Shown here piece after piece: positions 1-10,153 of a stretch of DNA of 64,000 nt (position 1 is the first letter of the stretch; the number at the start of each line of letters is the position of its first letter). The DNA lies in IMG/VR virus record IMGVR_UViG_3300005095_000008, positions 23,031-87,030 of that record; one strand, given 5' to 3'. The notes under the pieces were generated by a model. It was not told the origin of the DNA. It made no database searches and saw only the letters and a program-made list of their open reading frames with translations. This stretch comes from a virus. The translations under genes were made by a program, and so were the position numbers.

Positions 1-250
1 CATCATCAAGTACATCTTCTTTACGGTCTCTTACTTTCCAGTCAAGACCAGCATGTGTGATGTGTTTCTCAAGCGCGTCAAAATCTTTAAACCACTTTGA
101 TGCTTTTGCTGCTTCAACAATTTTCTTCGCAAGACGTTTCTCTCCGTATAGTTCCTCTGGAAACCCAATAAAGAGCTCGCCTCTAGCGTCTCTCATAAAT
201 TGAATAATTTCCATACCGCCTCTATTTTTACAAATATTTACCTTTACCAT
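1..250 (-). CDS. Hypothetical protein, runs off the left edge (possible partner of the upstream MoxR-type ATPase)
   Basis: ATG at 250 with AAAAGGAG RBS; frame MVKVNICKNRGG... stays open to position 1; directly downstream of the AAA gene. Confidence 0.6.
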   Translation of the reverse strand, partial: MVKVNICKNRGGMEIIQFMRDARGELFIGFPEELYGEKRLAKKIVEAAKASKWFKDFDALEKHITHAGLDWKVRDRKEDVLDD

Positions 251-262
251 GTTTTCTCCTTT

Positions 263-1117
263 TTATAGCAAGTTTAGTTTTTCTTCATTTGTTAGAACAT
301 CTTCTTTAAACAGTTTAAAGTTTTCTCGTCCATCTTCAGACAGCTCATCGCCAAATTCAGACCGCACAAGACGGCGTTCATAATCATCTAATAGATCAAC
401 GAAGACTTTAATCTTATCTTCGTCCTCCAAGTCAATAACGTCACCATCACCGATACGCTTCTCAAGTTGAGCAAGTTCATTAATAATTCTATTTGACATA
501 GGATACATCGTCTTGTTATTCATGTTTTCTGCATACTTCTCTAAGACTCTGTTGAGTAGTGGTGTCAACTCTACTTTAAACTCTCCATCGTCTTTAAAGC
601 TTATTGTAACAAAACGATCGACAAATGCTCTATCACCAAGGTCTGCAGAGTAATCATTGCCGATATTCATTGTCGCAATGAACGTGAGTTTGTCAGCATC
701 AATAACGATAGACTCTGTAATGGTATTACCCATGTCGTCTTTAACCGCTTTGTTTGTAGTCAACGTAAGTTTTCCTAAATTATCTGGCGTTAGTGTTGGA
801 ACCAGATAGTCCTTGAGTTCCTTTGGTACTCTACCGATTTCATCAAAAATCACACAGACGTCTTCACCTTCTCTAGCGCGAAGGAATGCTTGCGTTAATG
901 GACCTGCTGCGTATTCCATGCCACCTACTTCGTTACGTAGCCACATACCAATCGTGTATGTTTCATCGGTACTACTTGTACCGTTAATAACAAAGATATT
1001 GTTCTCTTTGTAGTTCTCTCTAGCCCATTCATATGTAGTATATGTCTTACCAATACCAGCGTCTCCAGTAATGATTACTGGTTTTAAACCTTTATATAGA
1101 TTCAACTTTTTTTTCAT
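263..1117 (-). CDS. MoxR/CbbQ/NirQ-type AAA+ ATPase
   Basis: Walker A GDAGIGKT, GPLTQA motif, Walker B VIFDEIGR, sensor IATMN, arginine finger DRAFVDRF. Confidence 0.85.
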   Translation of the reverse strand: MKKKLNLYKGLKPVIITGDAGIGKTYTTYEWARENYKENNIFVINGTSSTDETYTIGMWLRNEVGGMEYAAGPLTQAFLRAREGEDVCVIFDEIGRVPKELKDYLVPTLTPDNLGKLTLTTNKAVKDDMGNTITESIVIDADKLTFIATMNIGNDYSADLGDRAFVDRFVTISFKDDGEFKVELTPLLNRVLEKYAENMNNKTMYPMSNRIINELAQLEKRIGDGDVIDLEDEDKIKVFVDLLDDYERRLVRSEFGDELSEDGRENFKLFKEDVLTNEEKLNLL

Positions 1118-1190
1118 GCTATTTTCCTTTTTAACTTTAAACTATTTAGATACTTTGTATCACCTCATAACTATGAATATAATATGTACT
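1118..1190 (-). promoter_or_regulatory. Early-promoter-like motif plus conserved 5' leader (copy 1 of 3)
   Basis: Minus strand reads TACATATTATA...GAGGTGATACAAAGTATCTAAATAGTTT...AAAAAGGA-ATG; related copies at 8506-8580 and 42746-42820. Confidence 0.7.
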
Positions 1191-1194
1191 CATA

Positions 1195-2484
1195 TTATTT
1201 TTCAATTCTATATATGTAATTAGCAATACAATTGACTAATGAACAATATAAACCGTAAACTGCATATGTTCTAGGTATTTGCCAGTTTGTATTCGCATTC
1301 TTAATGCTGTACCTGGAATCACGTATATTCATTAGTATTGTTTTGTCATCATTACACTCCGTCATATTTACAGAATACTCTTTAAATACCTCATTCGTTT
1401 CTGGTATAAATTTGTTTAATATTTTTAACGAAGGAAATATATCATTGTCCTTTTCTTCAATCTCTAATGGACCATCAGCGATATCTGTATAAGTTAAACT
1501 ACACTGTTCTGATCTAGGATATGCATCAAAGTTAAATAAGTATTTATTAGAATCATCTTTTCGCGTTTCTAAGAATAGGAACGCTTTTGATAATTTATAA
1601 TAGATGTCTGTGTTACTTAAGTGTTCTAATGTCTTTAGGTCATTCGTATTGTGATTCTTTACAAACTCCAATAACTTTTCAGTCCTTACTGTTAAAGTAT
1701 TCAATAATTCTATAAAATAAAGCGTGTGTGTTGTTAACTTATCATTATAGATTAACGTCATAACGATTAACTCTGTATATTTATGATAAGATTTTATACC
1801 TATGTAACATTCGTTATTATTGCTACGTACCTCACTTTCTGAATCATGAAATAATACATAATTAAATATACTAAAGTTATCACTAAGTATCGTATTAATA
1901 TATGCTATAATCTCTATCTTTTCTTCTATGTTTATGATTCTATCATCATAGATTTTAAAAGAGTTCTTAAATGCAATACCTAAATACTTTCTATCTATTG
2001 GTAGTATATAGTCACCAATCACTTTCTCGCAAGTCATACCTATTATTCTGTATAATATTTTAAAATAATCTAATGCGTCACGCATACTAGAAAAATCATA
2101 TTTCTCAATATCAAAATTACTGAACGTCTTTTTATCGCCCAACATATCATAAAACACTGCCTTATTCTCTATAAAAGATCCTGATGCACCCATAGCAGCA
2201 CCGCTAATGCTTCTTGAGTATAATAAAGAATTTTTCATTGTGATTTTAAGAGATTCTAGATTTATTAAGCTTTCTTCTGTTGTTATGATAATATTATTAC
2301 CAATAAATTTATTAGATTCTAAAATATTTCGAACACGTGCGATGTGTCTCGTTATGCTACTTAAGGAACCTTCTTTTGACATTAGTATTACAATAGTCAA
2401 TTCTGCGTCTTTAAGAGTGCTTTCTACGACTGTGTTAGTAACTGTACCTCTATCCTTAACAATTACAAGATTTACCTTACCCAT
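1195..2484 (-). CDS. Hypothetical protein (429 aa)
   Basis: Long ORF with AAAAGGAG RBS and upstream ACATATTATA motif (2518-2527); no motif recognised. Confidence 0.75.
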   Translation of the reverse strand: MGKVNLVIVKDRGTVTNTVVESTLKDAELTIVILMSKEGSLSSITRHIARVRNILESNKFIGNNIIITTEESLINLESLKITMKNSLLYSRSISGAAMGASGSFIENKAVFYDMLGDKKTFSNFDIEKYDFSSMRDALDYFKILYRIIGMTCEKVIGDYILPIDRKYLGIAFKNSFKIYDDRIINIEEKIEIIAYINTILSDNFSIFNYVLFHDSESEVRSNNNECYIGIKSYHKYTELIVMTLIYNDKLTTHTLYFIELLNTLTVRTEKLLEFVKNHNTNDLKTLEHLSNTDIYYKLSKAFLFLETRKDDSNKYLFNFDAYPRSEQCSLTYTDIADGPLEIEEKDNDIFPSLKILNKFIPETNEVFKEYSVNMTECNDDKTILMNIRDSRYSIKNANTNWQIPRTYAVYGLYCSLVNCIANYIYRIEK

Positions 2485-2556
2485 TTTATCTCCTTTTAAA
2501 CTATTTTAGGCTATAAATATAATATGTCTATAAACATTATTAGAAATAAAAATAGT

Positions 2557-2584
2557 CTACAGACTAGCATATGCTAGTCTGTAG
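2557..2584 (-). terminator. Perfect 28-bp palindrome/hairpin after the capsid gene
   Basis: ctacagactagcatatgctagtctgtag, 10 nt past the capsid stop, followed on the minus strand by a T-rich run. Confidence 0.75.
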
Positions 2585-2594
2585 TTAGATCACA

Positions 2595-4706
2595 TTATAC
2601 GGTATGTACGTTTTGTGGGATTTTTTTGGTAACAGTTTCGAAACCTGTTACGTCAAATTCCGCCAAGATTGGAAGAAGGTTAACGAACTCAAACGCTGGT
2701 TGGTTATAGAGTGCGTTGATTGAAGTTCCATTAATAGAACGTTTTACTTCAACAGTTGGAGTTGGAACGAATGCTCTGAATCCAAAGTTAAGTACGTTCA
2801 ACGCTTTAGAGCCAGTAGTTGGCATTACCATGATTTTGTTAATGAATTGTTTACTACCAGTAGCAACAACTTTAACATTTACATTTCCACCAAGATCAAG
2901 TGGTTGACCATCACCAGTCAATGCTGCTTTGATTTTTCTATCAGTAGCAATGATAATGGTTGGTTTAGCACCAAGATTCATGTTGGTATTTTCGAATGCG
3001 TCAAGATATCCTGAACCGTCCATCATTTCATTTACAGTCTGTGCGATTACAGCACTAATAGCACCTTTGATGTTAGCGGTGATATCTTTAGAGTTTGTAC
3101 TGTCTACCACAGTAGCAAGATCAATCTCTTTATTTGTGTAATATGGATTAACAAGATCTTTAGCAGCACCTGCTAGTTCATTTGTTACCAATTCAATACC
3201 ATTTTCAGTAGCGTTTCTTAGGAATCCTGCATACTTAAGAAGTTTGTTAATTCCAAGAACAGTACTCATTGCTCTCGCTTGGTTTCCGAAAGACTTGATT
3301 TTGTTTGCGTCATTATCAACATCTGCAGTATGGATTTGTGGCTTCAATACAGAGATTGGAGTTCTATATCCAACAGAGTAGATAGTGTTTACAGTTTCAG
3401 CAGAGAGGATATATCCAGTCTGTCTAAGGTTACTATTTGTTGCATATGCATCGACTTCATATCCGATGAATTCCATTGCATCGATAATACCTTTAACAGT
3501 AGTGAACTTAGCATCAGTTTGTGGCACTACATTTCCAGCAGCATCACGAAGTTCTAGCAACTCGAATTTACCTTTAGAAACAGATAGGTCTCCGATTTCT
3601 GTATTTCCAGAACCATAGAGTACACCACGTACTACGATGGTATGACCAGGCATATTAAGGTTATCAAGTACTGCTGATGCAGAACCATCAACTTGTTTAG
3701 TGTTATCAACAGAGATAACGAGACTGTCAGATACAAAGTTAAGAGCAATGTCTTTGCTGTGTCCAGATGCAGTTGGTACCCATCTAGCAGATGTATAACC
3801 AGATACGTTGATAACGTGAGTAGAAGTATCAGTACCATCAGTGAGTGTATAGTATACATTCTCAAGGATTACTGTGTCATCCATTGCGTCAGTGTTATCT
3901 CTAACACCTTGGCTAAGTTGCGCAGCTGTTTGAGAAATTCCCATAAGTGGTGCATCAACATCAGGTTTAATTGGTGCAGTTCTAATAGTTTCGCCTGTAA
4001 CTGTAGTATCATATGCAAGAGTATCTACGAGTACTTCTGCGTTAGTAGCGTTTAGTACAGGAACAAGTCTTGTTTTCTCACCAGCAAGAATTGAATCAGC
4101 ATCAATAAGTGCTTTAACAAGTGATACAGAGTTTCTCTTAAGTCTATCTGCAGAAGCATTACTTCTAAGGTATTGACCTTCAATTTTCTCTACAGTTGCC
4201 GCAACAGCACATCCAGACACACCTGGCTTAAGTACTACAGTTGGATAGATAGTTTCGGTAAATTCATCTTGTCTTGCCATAACCATGTTAACAGCAAAAG
4301 AGTATGGTGTGTTGCTAGATACGACTTGACCGTCGAAAGATTCCATTGCTACGAGTTGGTCGCTATAAACATCAGACTCACCAAACGCACCTGCTTGTAC
4401 TACAACTTGCTTACCAGATTCTACTGCTGGCATAACACGACGTGCTCCAATAGCAGCTGTGGTGTCTTGGTCAAGTAGTGCCCCGTATTGAGCGGCTTGG
4501 ATTTGTGCGTCTTCAAGTCCTGGTACCTCGTCTAGTGCGTCACGCACAATTTCAGATACTGTATTTGTTGCCTCTTCGACGAATGCTCCGTCTACAGAAG
4601 AGTCCTCAAGTCCTAGTGCTGCTTTTGCAACAGCTTCTGGTGCAGCAATTTCTGCAGCCTGTAGACCTTTTTTAACTTCGCCTACGATTTGTCCTAGTGA
4701 TTTCAT
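2595..4706 (-). CDS. Major capsid protein, phiKZ gp120-like
   Basis: 703 aa; acidic Ala-rich N-terminal propeptide with GLE/GLE/AME protease sites; ARQDEFTETIYPTVV and NSNLRQTG motifs of the phiKZ-type capsid family; lies two genes from a divergent DnaB as in phiKZ gp118-120. Confidence 0.88.
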   Translation of the reverse strand: MKSLGQIVGEVKKGLQAAEIAAPEAVAKAALGLEDSSVDGAFVEEATNTVSEIVRDALDEVPGLEDAQIQAAQYGALLDQDTTAAIGARRVMPAVESGKQVVVQAGAFGESDVYSDQLVAMESFDGQVVSSNTPYSFAVNMVMARQDEFTETIYPTVVLKPGVSGCAVAATVEKIEGQYLRSNASADRLKRNSVSLVKALIDADSILAGEKTRLVPVLNATNAEVLVDTLAYDTTVTGETIRTAPIKPDVDAPLMGISQTAAQLSQGVRDNTDAMDDTVILENVYYTLTDGTDTSTHVINVSGYTSARWVPTASGHSKDIALNFVSDSLVISVDNTKQVDGSASAVLDNLNMPGHTIVVRGVLYGSGNTEIGDLSVSKGKFELLELRDAAGNVVPQTDAKFTTVKGIIDAMEFIGYEVDAYATNSNLRQTGYILSAETVNTIYSVGYRTPISVLKPQIHTADVDNDANKIKSFGNQARAMSTVLGINKLLKYAGFLRNATENGIELVTNELAGAAKDLVNPYYTNKEIDLATVVDSTNSKDITANIKGAISAVIAQTVNEMMDGSGYLDAFENTNMNLGAKPTIIIATDRKIKAALTGDGQPLDLGGNVNVKVVATGSKQFINKIMVMPTTGSKALNVLNFGFRAFVPTPTVEVKRSINGTSINALYNQPAFEFVNLLPILAEFDVTGFETVTKKIPQNVHTV

Positions 4707-4756
4707 TGTTGTCCTTTTAAAGTATGTTTTTATAAAAACAAACTAACTGATTTGAA

Positions 4757-5332
4757 TCAGAGAGTAAGTGGTAAAATTTGAATAAAATCGGAAATGAATT
4801 GTGAATACTTGTTAAAGTCAGCACCATACACTTCGCTTTCTAAATTGATAAAATTTGCGAGTAGTACTCTTCTAAAGTGTTTCGGTCTAAGAACAAGTAG
4901 TTGCTCCCCTAGTTCAGTAAGTGATACTACAATGGTACCATCTGTAATGACTAGATAGAAAAGTGGCGTCTTTTTATGTAACGCGTCAACATCTTCGCAA
5001 CTTAGTAGTTCTTGACGAATATCTTTAGGAATAAAAATACTATTCATATAAATAGCAGAAGAACCAGAAACAATAGAACCAATTGCATCTATAGCTGTGA
5101 AAAGCGTGCCAATATTTTCTAGTTTATTCTCTAGTGAAAATTCTCTAAGAATAAGTGAAGTAGCATCTAACATATCAGCAATGTCTCTATGTGATACTTT
5201 ATCAGCGATTGTTTTAATAGATTCTAAATCTTTTTTCTCTAAAGAAGCCAATAGCTCAGACATTTCAATGTTTTGCGACTTGAAAGCTCTCTTAACGTGC
5301 GGAGGAACGACCATTAAATTGTATGGTTTCAT
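4757..5332 (-). CDS. Hypothetical core protein (positional equivalent of phiKZ gp119)
   Basis: Between capsid and helicase genes; AAAAGGATAC RBS. Confidence 0.6.
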   Translation of the reverse strand: MKPYNLMVVPPHVKRAFKSQNIEMSELLASLEKKDLESIKTIADKVSHRDIADMLDATSLILREFSLENKLENIGTLFTAIDAIGSIVSGSSAIYMNSIFIPKDIRQELLSCEDVDALHKKTPLFYLVITDGTIVVSLTELGEQLLVLRPKHFRRVLLANFINLESEVYGADFNKYSQFISDFIQILPLTL

Positions 5333-5441
5333 ATGTATCCTTTAATATATAGTTGTTTCAGTTAAAATGTGAGTTAAATTTATTTCTAAATATAACTTTG
5401 TATGACACCGAGATAATTGATGTATTTATAAAAGGATAAAA

Positions 5442-6947
5442 ATGAAATCATTAGACGCACTATTAATAGCAATTCGACTACTATATCTAGAAAAGACAAT
5501 CGAAAAAGAGAATGGGTCTAATAGTAAAGAGTTGGTACAAAATATACTAGACTTACTCGATAATGAAAAGAGAGCGCTCAATGGTTCTAATAAAGAGATG
5601 ATACAGAACCTTAAAGAGTATGTGCGTACATTCGTAGATATGTTTGACAAAACAGAATATGAACCAAATCTTATTAAACAGAGTCTACTACTAATTCTAG
5701 AAAACAAAGACTTAATAGAAGAACTCATTGCAGATATTACTAGAGAGTCTACCTTAGAAGAGAAACAACAAAGAATACTTCGATTAAGAAGTCTACTCTC
5801 TAGTTACTATGGTGAAGATAAACTTAAGAAGTTATTGAATAAACTCACACATGACATTAACAATAAAAGAAACAAGATTACTGATATTGAGAAGTTTAGA
5901 TTAGAAGCACTCTCGATGTTAGAAACGATTAAGTTGGGTAATGTAGAGAAAGACCCTAACATTGTAACAGAGATTGACTTGAGTGATGTAGAATCTAGTT
6001 CACAAATCATTCATGAGTTACAAGATGAAGCGAGTAGTGGTTTACTATTGAAAACTGGATTCCAAGCAATGAACAGAGTCTTAGATGGCGGTATCCGTAG
6101 AGGAGAGTTAATTACGATTACATCTCAACAGCATAAGTATAAATCTGGATTGGCTAGAAGTCTATTCATGCAGACAATGATTCATAACGTACCGAAACTG
6201 AAAGATGAAAATAAGAAACCATTAATGATTTTCATTAGTTTTGAAGATAACGCTAGATTGGTATTGAAGTTTATGTTTGAATACTTGATGAGTTCAGAAG
6301 GTAAAACAACGAAAATTATGGACGTGAGTTCTGATGATGCAGCAGCTTATATTAAAGGCGCATTAGAAGCCAATGGTTGGAATGTAAAGTTATTAGTTGT
6401 GAATCCATCTGGTTGGGGATACAAGGATATCTTTAATACTGTAGAGAAATACGAGTCTAAAGGATTTGAAGTCTTTGGATTATGTTTGGATTACTTATCA
6501 TTAGTACCTAAGATTGGCTGTATCAATAATGGTGCGACTGGTAGTGATACGAGAGACTTGTTTAGACGCGTAGGAAACTATGGTAGAGCAAGAGATATGT
6601 ATGTTATCACACCACATCAGAGTAGTAGCGGTGTGAAACTATTATTAAGAAATGGTGTAACAGATGAGGACTTAGTCAAAGAGATTTATGGTAAAGGATA
6701 CTTTGCAGATAGTAGTCAACTAGACCAAGAACATGATGTGGGTATTTTAGGACACATTGCAAAAATAGATGGAGAGTCATATCTCACATTAGCAGTAGAC
6801 AAACATAGAGGGTTTGTTATTAATCAAGAGTACGCATTCTTTAGTTATAAGTTTCCAAAGAATGAGATGCCCATTCCTCCAGATATTAATGGGAAGGATA
6901 TGAGTATTAAAGACTTAAGTGTTAGTGGAGACGATGATTTATTTTAA
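5442..6947 (+). CDS. DnaB-like replicative helicase (phiKZ gp118-like)
   Basis: KTGFQAMNRVLDGGIRRGE, phiKZ-type degenerate Walker A SQQHKYKSG, ISFED, LDYL, ITPHQ, DKHRG. Confidence 0.88.
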   Translation: MKSLDALLIAIRLLYLEKTIEKENGSNSKELVQNILDLLDNEKRALNGSNKEMIQNLKEYVRTFVDMFDKTEYEPNLIKQSLLLILENKDLIEELIADITRESTLEEKQQRILRLRSLLSSYYGEDKLKKLLNKLTHDINNKRNKITDIEKFRLEALSMLETIKLGNVEKDPNIVTEIDLSDVESSSQIIHELQDEASSGLLLKTGFQAMNRVLDGGIRRGELITITSQQHKYKSGLARSLFMQTMIHNVPKLKDENKKPLMIFISFEDNARLVLKFMFEYLMSSEGKTTKIMDVSSDDAAAYIKGALEANGWNVKLLVVNPSGWGYKDIFNTVEKYESKGFEVFGLCLDYLSLVPKIGCINNGATGSDTRDLFRRVGNYGRARDMYVITPHQSSSGVKLLLRNGVTDEDLVKEIYGKGYFADSSQLDQEHDVGILGHIAKIDGESYLTLAVDKHRGFVINQEYAFFSYKFPKNEMPIPPDINGKDMSIKDLSVSGDDDLF

Positions 6948-6965
6948 ATAAAAATAAAATAGACT

Positions 6966-6991
6966 ATGAGTAGACCATATGGTCTACTCAT
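6966..6991. terminator. Perfect 26-bp palindrome between convergent genes
   Basis: atgagtagaccatatggtctactcat between helicase (+) and the 6988-7188 ORF (-). Confidence 0.75.
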
Positions 6992-7188
6992 GTGTTTAAG
7001 TATTTCTTATACTCTTTTATCTCTTTATGGTTTATAGAACCATCCTTATTCAGAAGTCTAGAATGATACTTGAGTCTGTCGTAGAAATCTTGTTGTTTCT
7101 GAACATTTAACTCAATACATTTATAAGAGAGTTGTGTCGTGTTAAGAAGTGATGTCTCTTCTTCTAGTAAACACATTTTAGCTTTCAT
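6988..7188 (-). CDS. Small hypothetical protein
   Basis: 66 aa, GAGGAG RBS, start overlaps the upstream stop. Confidence 0.65.
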   Translation of the reverse strand: MKAKMCLLEEETSLLNTTQLSYKCIELNVQKQQDFYDRLKYHSRLLNKDGSINHKEIKEYKKYLNT

Positions 7189-7568
7189 AACAACTCCTCT
7201 TGTAAACTCTTATGCCTGCTATACAGTTCTTGCAACATTATCTTTATATTTTTTATAGCATTCGCTTTTTCTATCTCTGTATAAGTATCGTCTGTAACGA
7301 TATGTTCTATTCGTTTATTTAGTTTATCAATATCTTGACATACGCTGTTTATTTGTTCTCTAATAGAGTCTTGTTCTATCTTCATTTGCATGGCTTTGCT
7401 AATAAAGATTATTGCGGTTACAATTGTGTTTACGATTGGAACGAATACAAATAAAACATAAGTAACCTTTTCTGGTATTGATAATCCTACTTTAACCTCG
7501 TTTCTAAACGCATAGGCATTAACACCAATGCTCAAGATGTATATTAACATTAATAGACTAGTTACCAT
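7185..7568 (-). CDS. Membrane protein with two N-terminal TM helices and a coiled-coil tail
   Basis: Hydrophobic LLMLIYILSIGVNAYAF and VTYVLFVFVPIVNTIVTAIIFI; GGAGG RBS. Confidence 0.7.
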   Translation of the reverse strand: MVTSLLMLIYILSIGVNAYAFRNEVKVGLSIPEKVTYVLFVFVPIVNTIVTAIIFISKAMQMKIEQDSIREQINSVCQDIDKLNKRIEHIVTDDTYTEIEKANAIKNIKIMLQELYSRHKSLQEELL

Positions 7569-8505
7569 TACTTACCTCCTCTGGTGAAGGAATTATACAG
7601 TCTAAAACAAGACGCTCTAGATTTCCTTTAACAGGAATAGAGAATCCTGCAGCAAGTTTATGACCACCGCCTTTATAGACTTTAGCAATATCACTCACGT
7701 CAACATCTCCGACACCTCTTAAAGAGATTACGATGAATGGTTCACCATTCTCATCTTCAGAGATAAACCACTGGCCGCTTATACCAGACGGGTGTTCTCT
7801 AGCAATCTTATTACCAACCTCACTGATAAACTCATGATTGTTAATCATGCCAATAACAGTACCGTTAACATTAACATCTTTGACTTTATCAATATTCCCA
7901 ATCTTATCGACTAGCTCTTCTTTATACTCCACACGAACGGTAGTAACGTCATTGATGAATTGTTTGACGTCATGAATATCAAATTCATCTAGGTCGAATA
8001 GGTTATTTGGTCTAACAAGTTTTTTAAAGCCTTCTGTAAAAGCATGCGTATCTTGTAAGTCATGTAACCACAAGTCTCTATCCTTAATGTATGTAAGACA
8101 CGCAGGAACGTTTTTGTCGCCACTCAAGACTTTATATGTTAACGTAGCTCCAGATTCATTCACATCGAACCACACATTGTCAAGTCCATTAAGTTCTTTT
8201 TGTGCAGTAATGTGGTGGTCAATAACGACTACTTTTTTAGCTACTTTATAAATAGCTTCCATTTCGTCTCGTTTAAGAGAGAAATCTGTAAACAGTACAT
8301 ACTTATCTCTAAACGCATCTACAGTTAATTCAAACGCACCATACTGCGCAAAGTAAACAGAATCATCTAACATACCAGGACTAAGGCCTATTACCTCTGC
8401 CAATGCCCAGACAGATCCCATTCCGTCTGAACAATTCTTATGCGTGACAATAATCAAATTATCACTCATCAATGCTGTTTTAATTTCTCTAGCTAAATTT
8501 GTCAT
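7558..8505 (-). CDS. DHH/DHHA1 family phosphoesterase
   Basis: HKNCSDG, TDFS, IDHH, DRDLW and C-terminal GGGHKLAAGF motifs. Confidence 0.9.
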   Translation of the reverse strand: MTNLAREIKTALMSDNLIIVTHKNCSDGMGSVWALAEVIGLSPGMLDDSVYFAQYGAFELTVDAFRDKYVLFTDFSLKRDEMEAIYKVAKKVVVIDHHITAQKELNGLDNVWFDVNESGATLTYKVLSGDKNVPACLTYIKDRDLWLHDLQDTHAFTEGFKKLVRPNNLFDLDEFDIHDVKQFINDVTTVRVEYKEELVDKIGNIDKVKDVNVNGTVIGMINNHEFISEVGNKIAREHPSGISGQWFISEDENGEPFIVISLRGVGDVDVSDIAKVYKGGGHKLAAGFSIPVKGNLERLVLDCIIPSPEEVSNGN

Positions 8506-8580
8506 GTGTTCTCCTTTATTTTAGAACTATTTTAAATTAATACATTGTTGTATCACCTCTAGACTAAATATATAATATAT
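8506..8580 (-). promoter_or_regulatory. Early-promoter-like motif plus conserved 5' leader (copy 2)
   Basis: Minus strand ATATATTATA...TAGTCTAGAGGTGATACAACAATGTATT...AAATAGTT...AAAGGAG-ATG. Confidence 0.65.
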
Positions 8581-8605
8581 AAATAAAAAAAGTTTTATTA
8601 TACAA

Positions 8606-8627
8606 GCATGAGTCGTACGACTCATGC
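8606..8627 (-). terminator. Perfect 22-bp palindrome
   Basis: gcatgagtcgtacgactcatgc just after the stop of 8632-8850. Confidence 0.65.
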
Positions 8628-8631
8628 CTGC

Positions 8632-8850
8632 TTATCTCATTGATAACAACCGTTCAATACTATCTTCTATTAAAACGTATAGAAGAATTAATGTAATAGC
8701 AATATTAAATGGCGGTACTAATACTGCTAATATAACAAGATAATATTCATTCTTAGGAATATAACAACCGCCTCTGCATGTAAAATACCAATATAACATG
8801 TTAAACATAGCAGACACTACCAACAAAACTACTATAGTATTTATTTCCAT
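8632..8850 (-). CDS. Small two-TM membrane protein
   Basis: 72 aa, two hydrophobic stretches, AAAAGGAT RBS. Confidence 0.65.
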   Translation of the reverse strand: MEINTIVVLLVVSAMFNMLYWYFTCRGGCYIPKNEYYLVILAVLVPPFNIAITLILLYVLIEDSIERLLSMR

Positions 8851-8934
8851 TTTCGATCCTTTTTTAGTATTACATTTAAAAGTATGTATGTTATTTTTTA
8901 TTAAGTTTTATTGAAATCACAATGAAGGTATAAA

Positions 8935-9423
8935 ATGAAAAAAGAAACAATTAAATTAGCGTTTTATAAAAATTATAAACGGGATATATTAGATTATTCT
9001 ATAGCAGTATTTCAATTTCTATTTCTTGCTGGAAAACACTCAAAGTATACACATACAGAAATTAATATCAGAGGATTGAGTTATACTAGTTCATATGTCG
9101 ACGGGGGTGTACGAAAAAAGAAGATCAACTATTCTGAAGAAAATTGGGAAGTATTAGAGTTTGAAGTTTCTGCAGAATCTGTAGATAAAATGTTGTCATT
9201 CTTTGAAAATGAGGAAGGCAAGAAATACGATTTATTAAACATTTTCTTTGCGCAATTTTTGCATATACCTATTGAAAGAAAAGATAGATGGATCTGTAGT
9301 GAAATATGTGCAAAAATGCTAGATCTGACTGACGAATTTAAGATGAAACATAGACCAGTTTACTATAGTCCAGCAAAACTACACAAAGAAATAATGAAAA
9401 AAAAAATAAACTATTACATCTAG
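8935..9423 (+). CDS. Permuted papain-like (NlpC/P60-related) thiol hydrolase
   Basis: His-before-Cys order: KYTHTE ... GKKYD ... RWICSE. Confidence 0.7.
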   Translation: MKKETIKLAFYKNYKRDILDYSIAVFQFLFLAGKHSKYTHTEINIRGLSYTSSYVDGGVRKKKINYSEENWEVLEFEVSAESVDKMLSFFENEEGKKYDLLNIFFAQFLHIPIERKDRWICSEICAKMLDLTDEFKMKHRPVYYSPAKLHKEIMKKKINYYI

Positions 9424-9444
9424 CTTAATTAAGCTAGATGTAAT
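9413..9444. terminator. Perfect 32-bp palindrome spanning two convergent stop codons
   Basis: attacatctagcttaattaagctagatgtaat overlaps the ends of 8935-9423(+) and 9429-9779(-). Confidence 0.75.
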
Positions 9445-9779
9445 TCTGCTGTGTCGTCCATATGAATAACGTCATTATAGATAATGTCGCTATCCATCGT
9501 GTGTTTACGCAACTTTTCTAAAGCGCGATCGAATAGTTGCTTCGCTCGCTGTTTGGAGACATTTAATCTCTTACCAATTTCCTCAAAAGAGTATTCATGC
9601 GCATTTACTCTTGTACGCGCATTTACAAGCTCTAAATCGGCTTTTGTGCGCAAGAGCATCTCGGTAAGATCGTTGCGTTGCGCAACAAGTATATCCTCCT
9701 TACTTAATAACACCTCTATTTCATTTATAGTTGCTATTAATTTTTGACGATAGTCACTTAGCTTCATTCCTTTTTTCAT
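9429..9779 (-). CDS. Stand-alone sigma-70 region-4 HTH protein, paralogue 3
   Basis: YSFEEIGKRLNVSKQRAKQLFDRALEKLRK matches sigma region 4.2; N-terminal helical hairpin; no region 2. Confidence 0.8.
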   Translation of the reverse strand: MKKGMKLSDYRQKLIATINEIEVLLSKEDILVAQRNDLTEMLLRTKADLELVNARTRVNAHEYSFEEIGKRLNVSKQRAKQLFDRALEKLRKHTMDSDIIYNDVIHMDDTAELHLA

Positions 9780-9844
9780 TCGTTTACTCCTATTACATAC
9801 ATACAGTTTATAAAGTCATTTAAAACATATCAACTTGACGTTTT

Positions 9845-10153
9845 CTATTTTTTAATATACTCACGCAACGGCCTGTTAATGGCTGGGTGTTTTATTTTTT
9901 TAAGTGCAGCCGTTAGTATCTGTCTTAATCTCTGTGGTGTTATTTGTAGTTTTCGTGCCAAGTATTGATCCTCTGTTAGCGAACTATGTAGCTCTTTAAC
10001 ATGGTTTAAATCTCTGTATAGCTTTTGACGTAAACTCATTAACTCATCCCTAGTGTTATTAGTAAGGCCATATTGATTTAATAGCGTGTTGATGTGGTTG
10101 ATCTCTTGTTGAATATCATTTTGTATTTCAACAATGTTTCGTTTATTACGCAT
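9845..10153 (-). CDS. Stand-alone sigma-70 region-4 HTH protein, paralogue 2
   Basis: LARKLQITPQRLRQILTAALKKIKHPAINRPLREYI resembles the RpoD C-terminus. Confidence 0.8.
   Translation of the reverse strand: MRNKRNIVEIQNDIQQEINHINTLLNQYGLTNNTRDELMSLRQKLYRDLNHVKELHSSLTEDQYLARKLQITPQRLRQILTAALKKIKHPAINRPLREYIKK

Noticed and set aside
5442-6947. Degenerate Walker A in the helicase as a sign of inactivation
   Set aside because: The QHxYKS form is, as I recall, normal for phiKZ-family DnaB-like helicases, and the other motifs are intact
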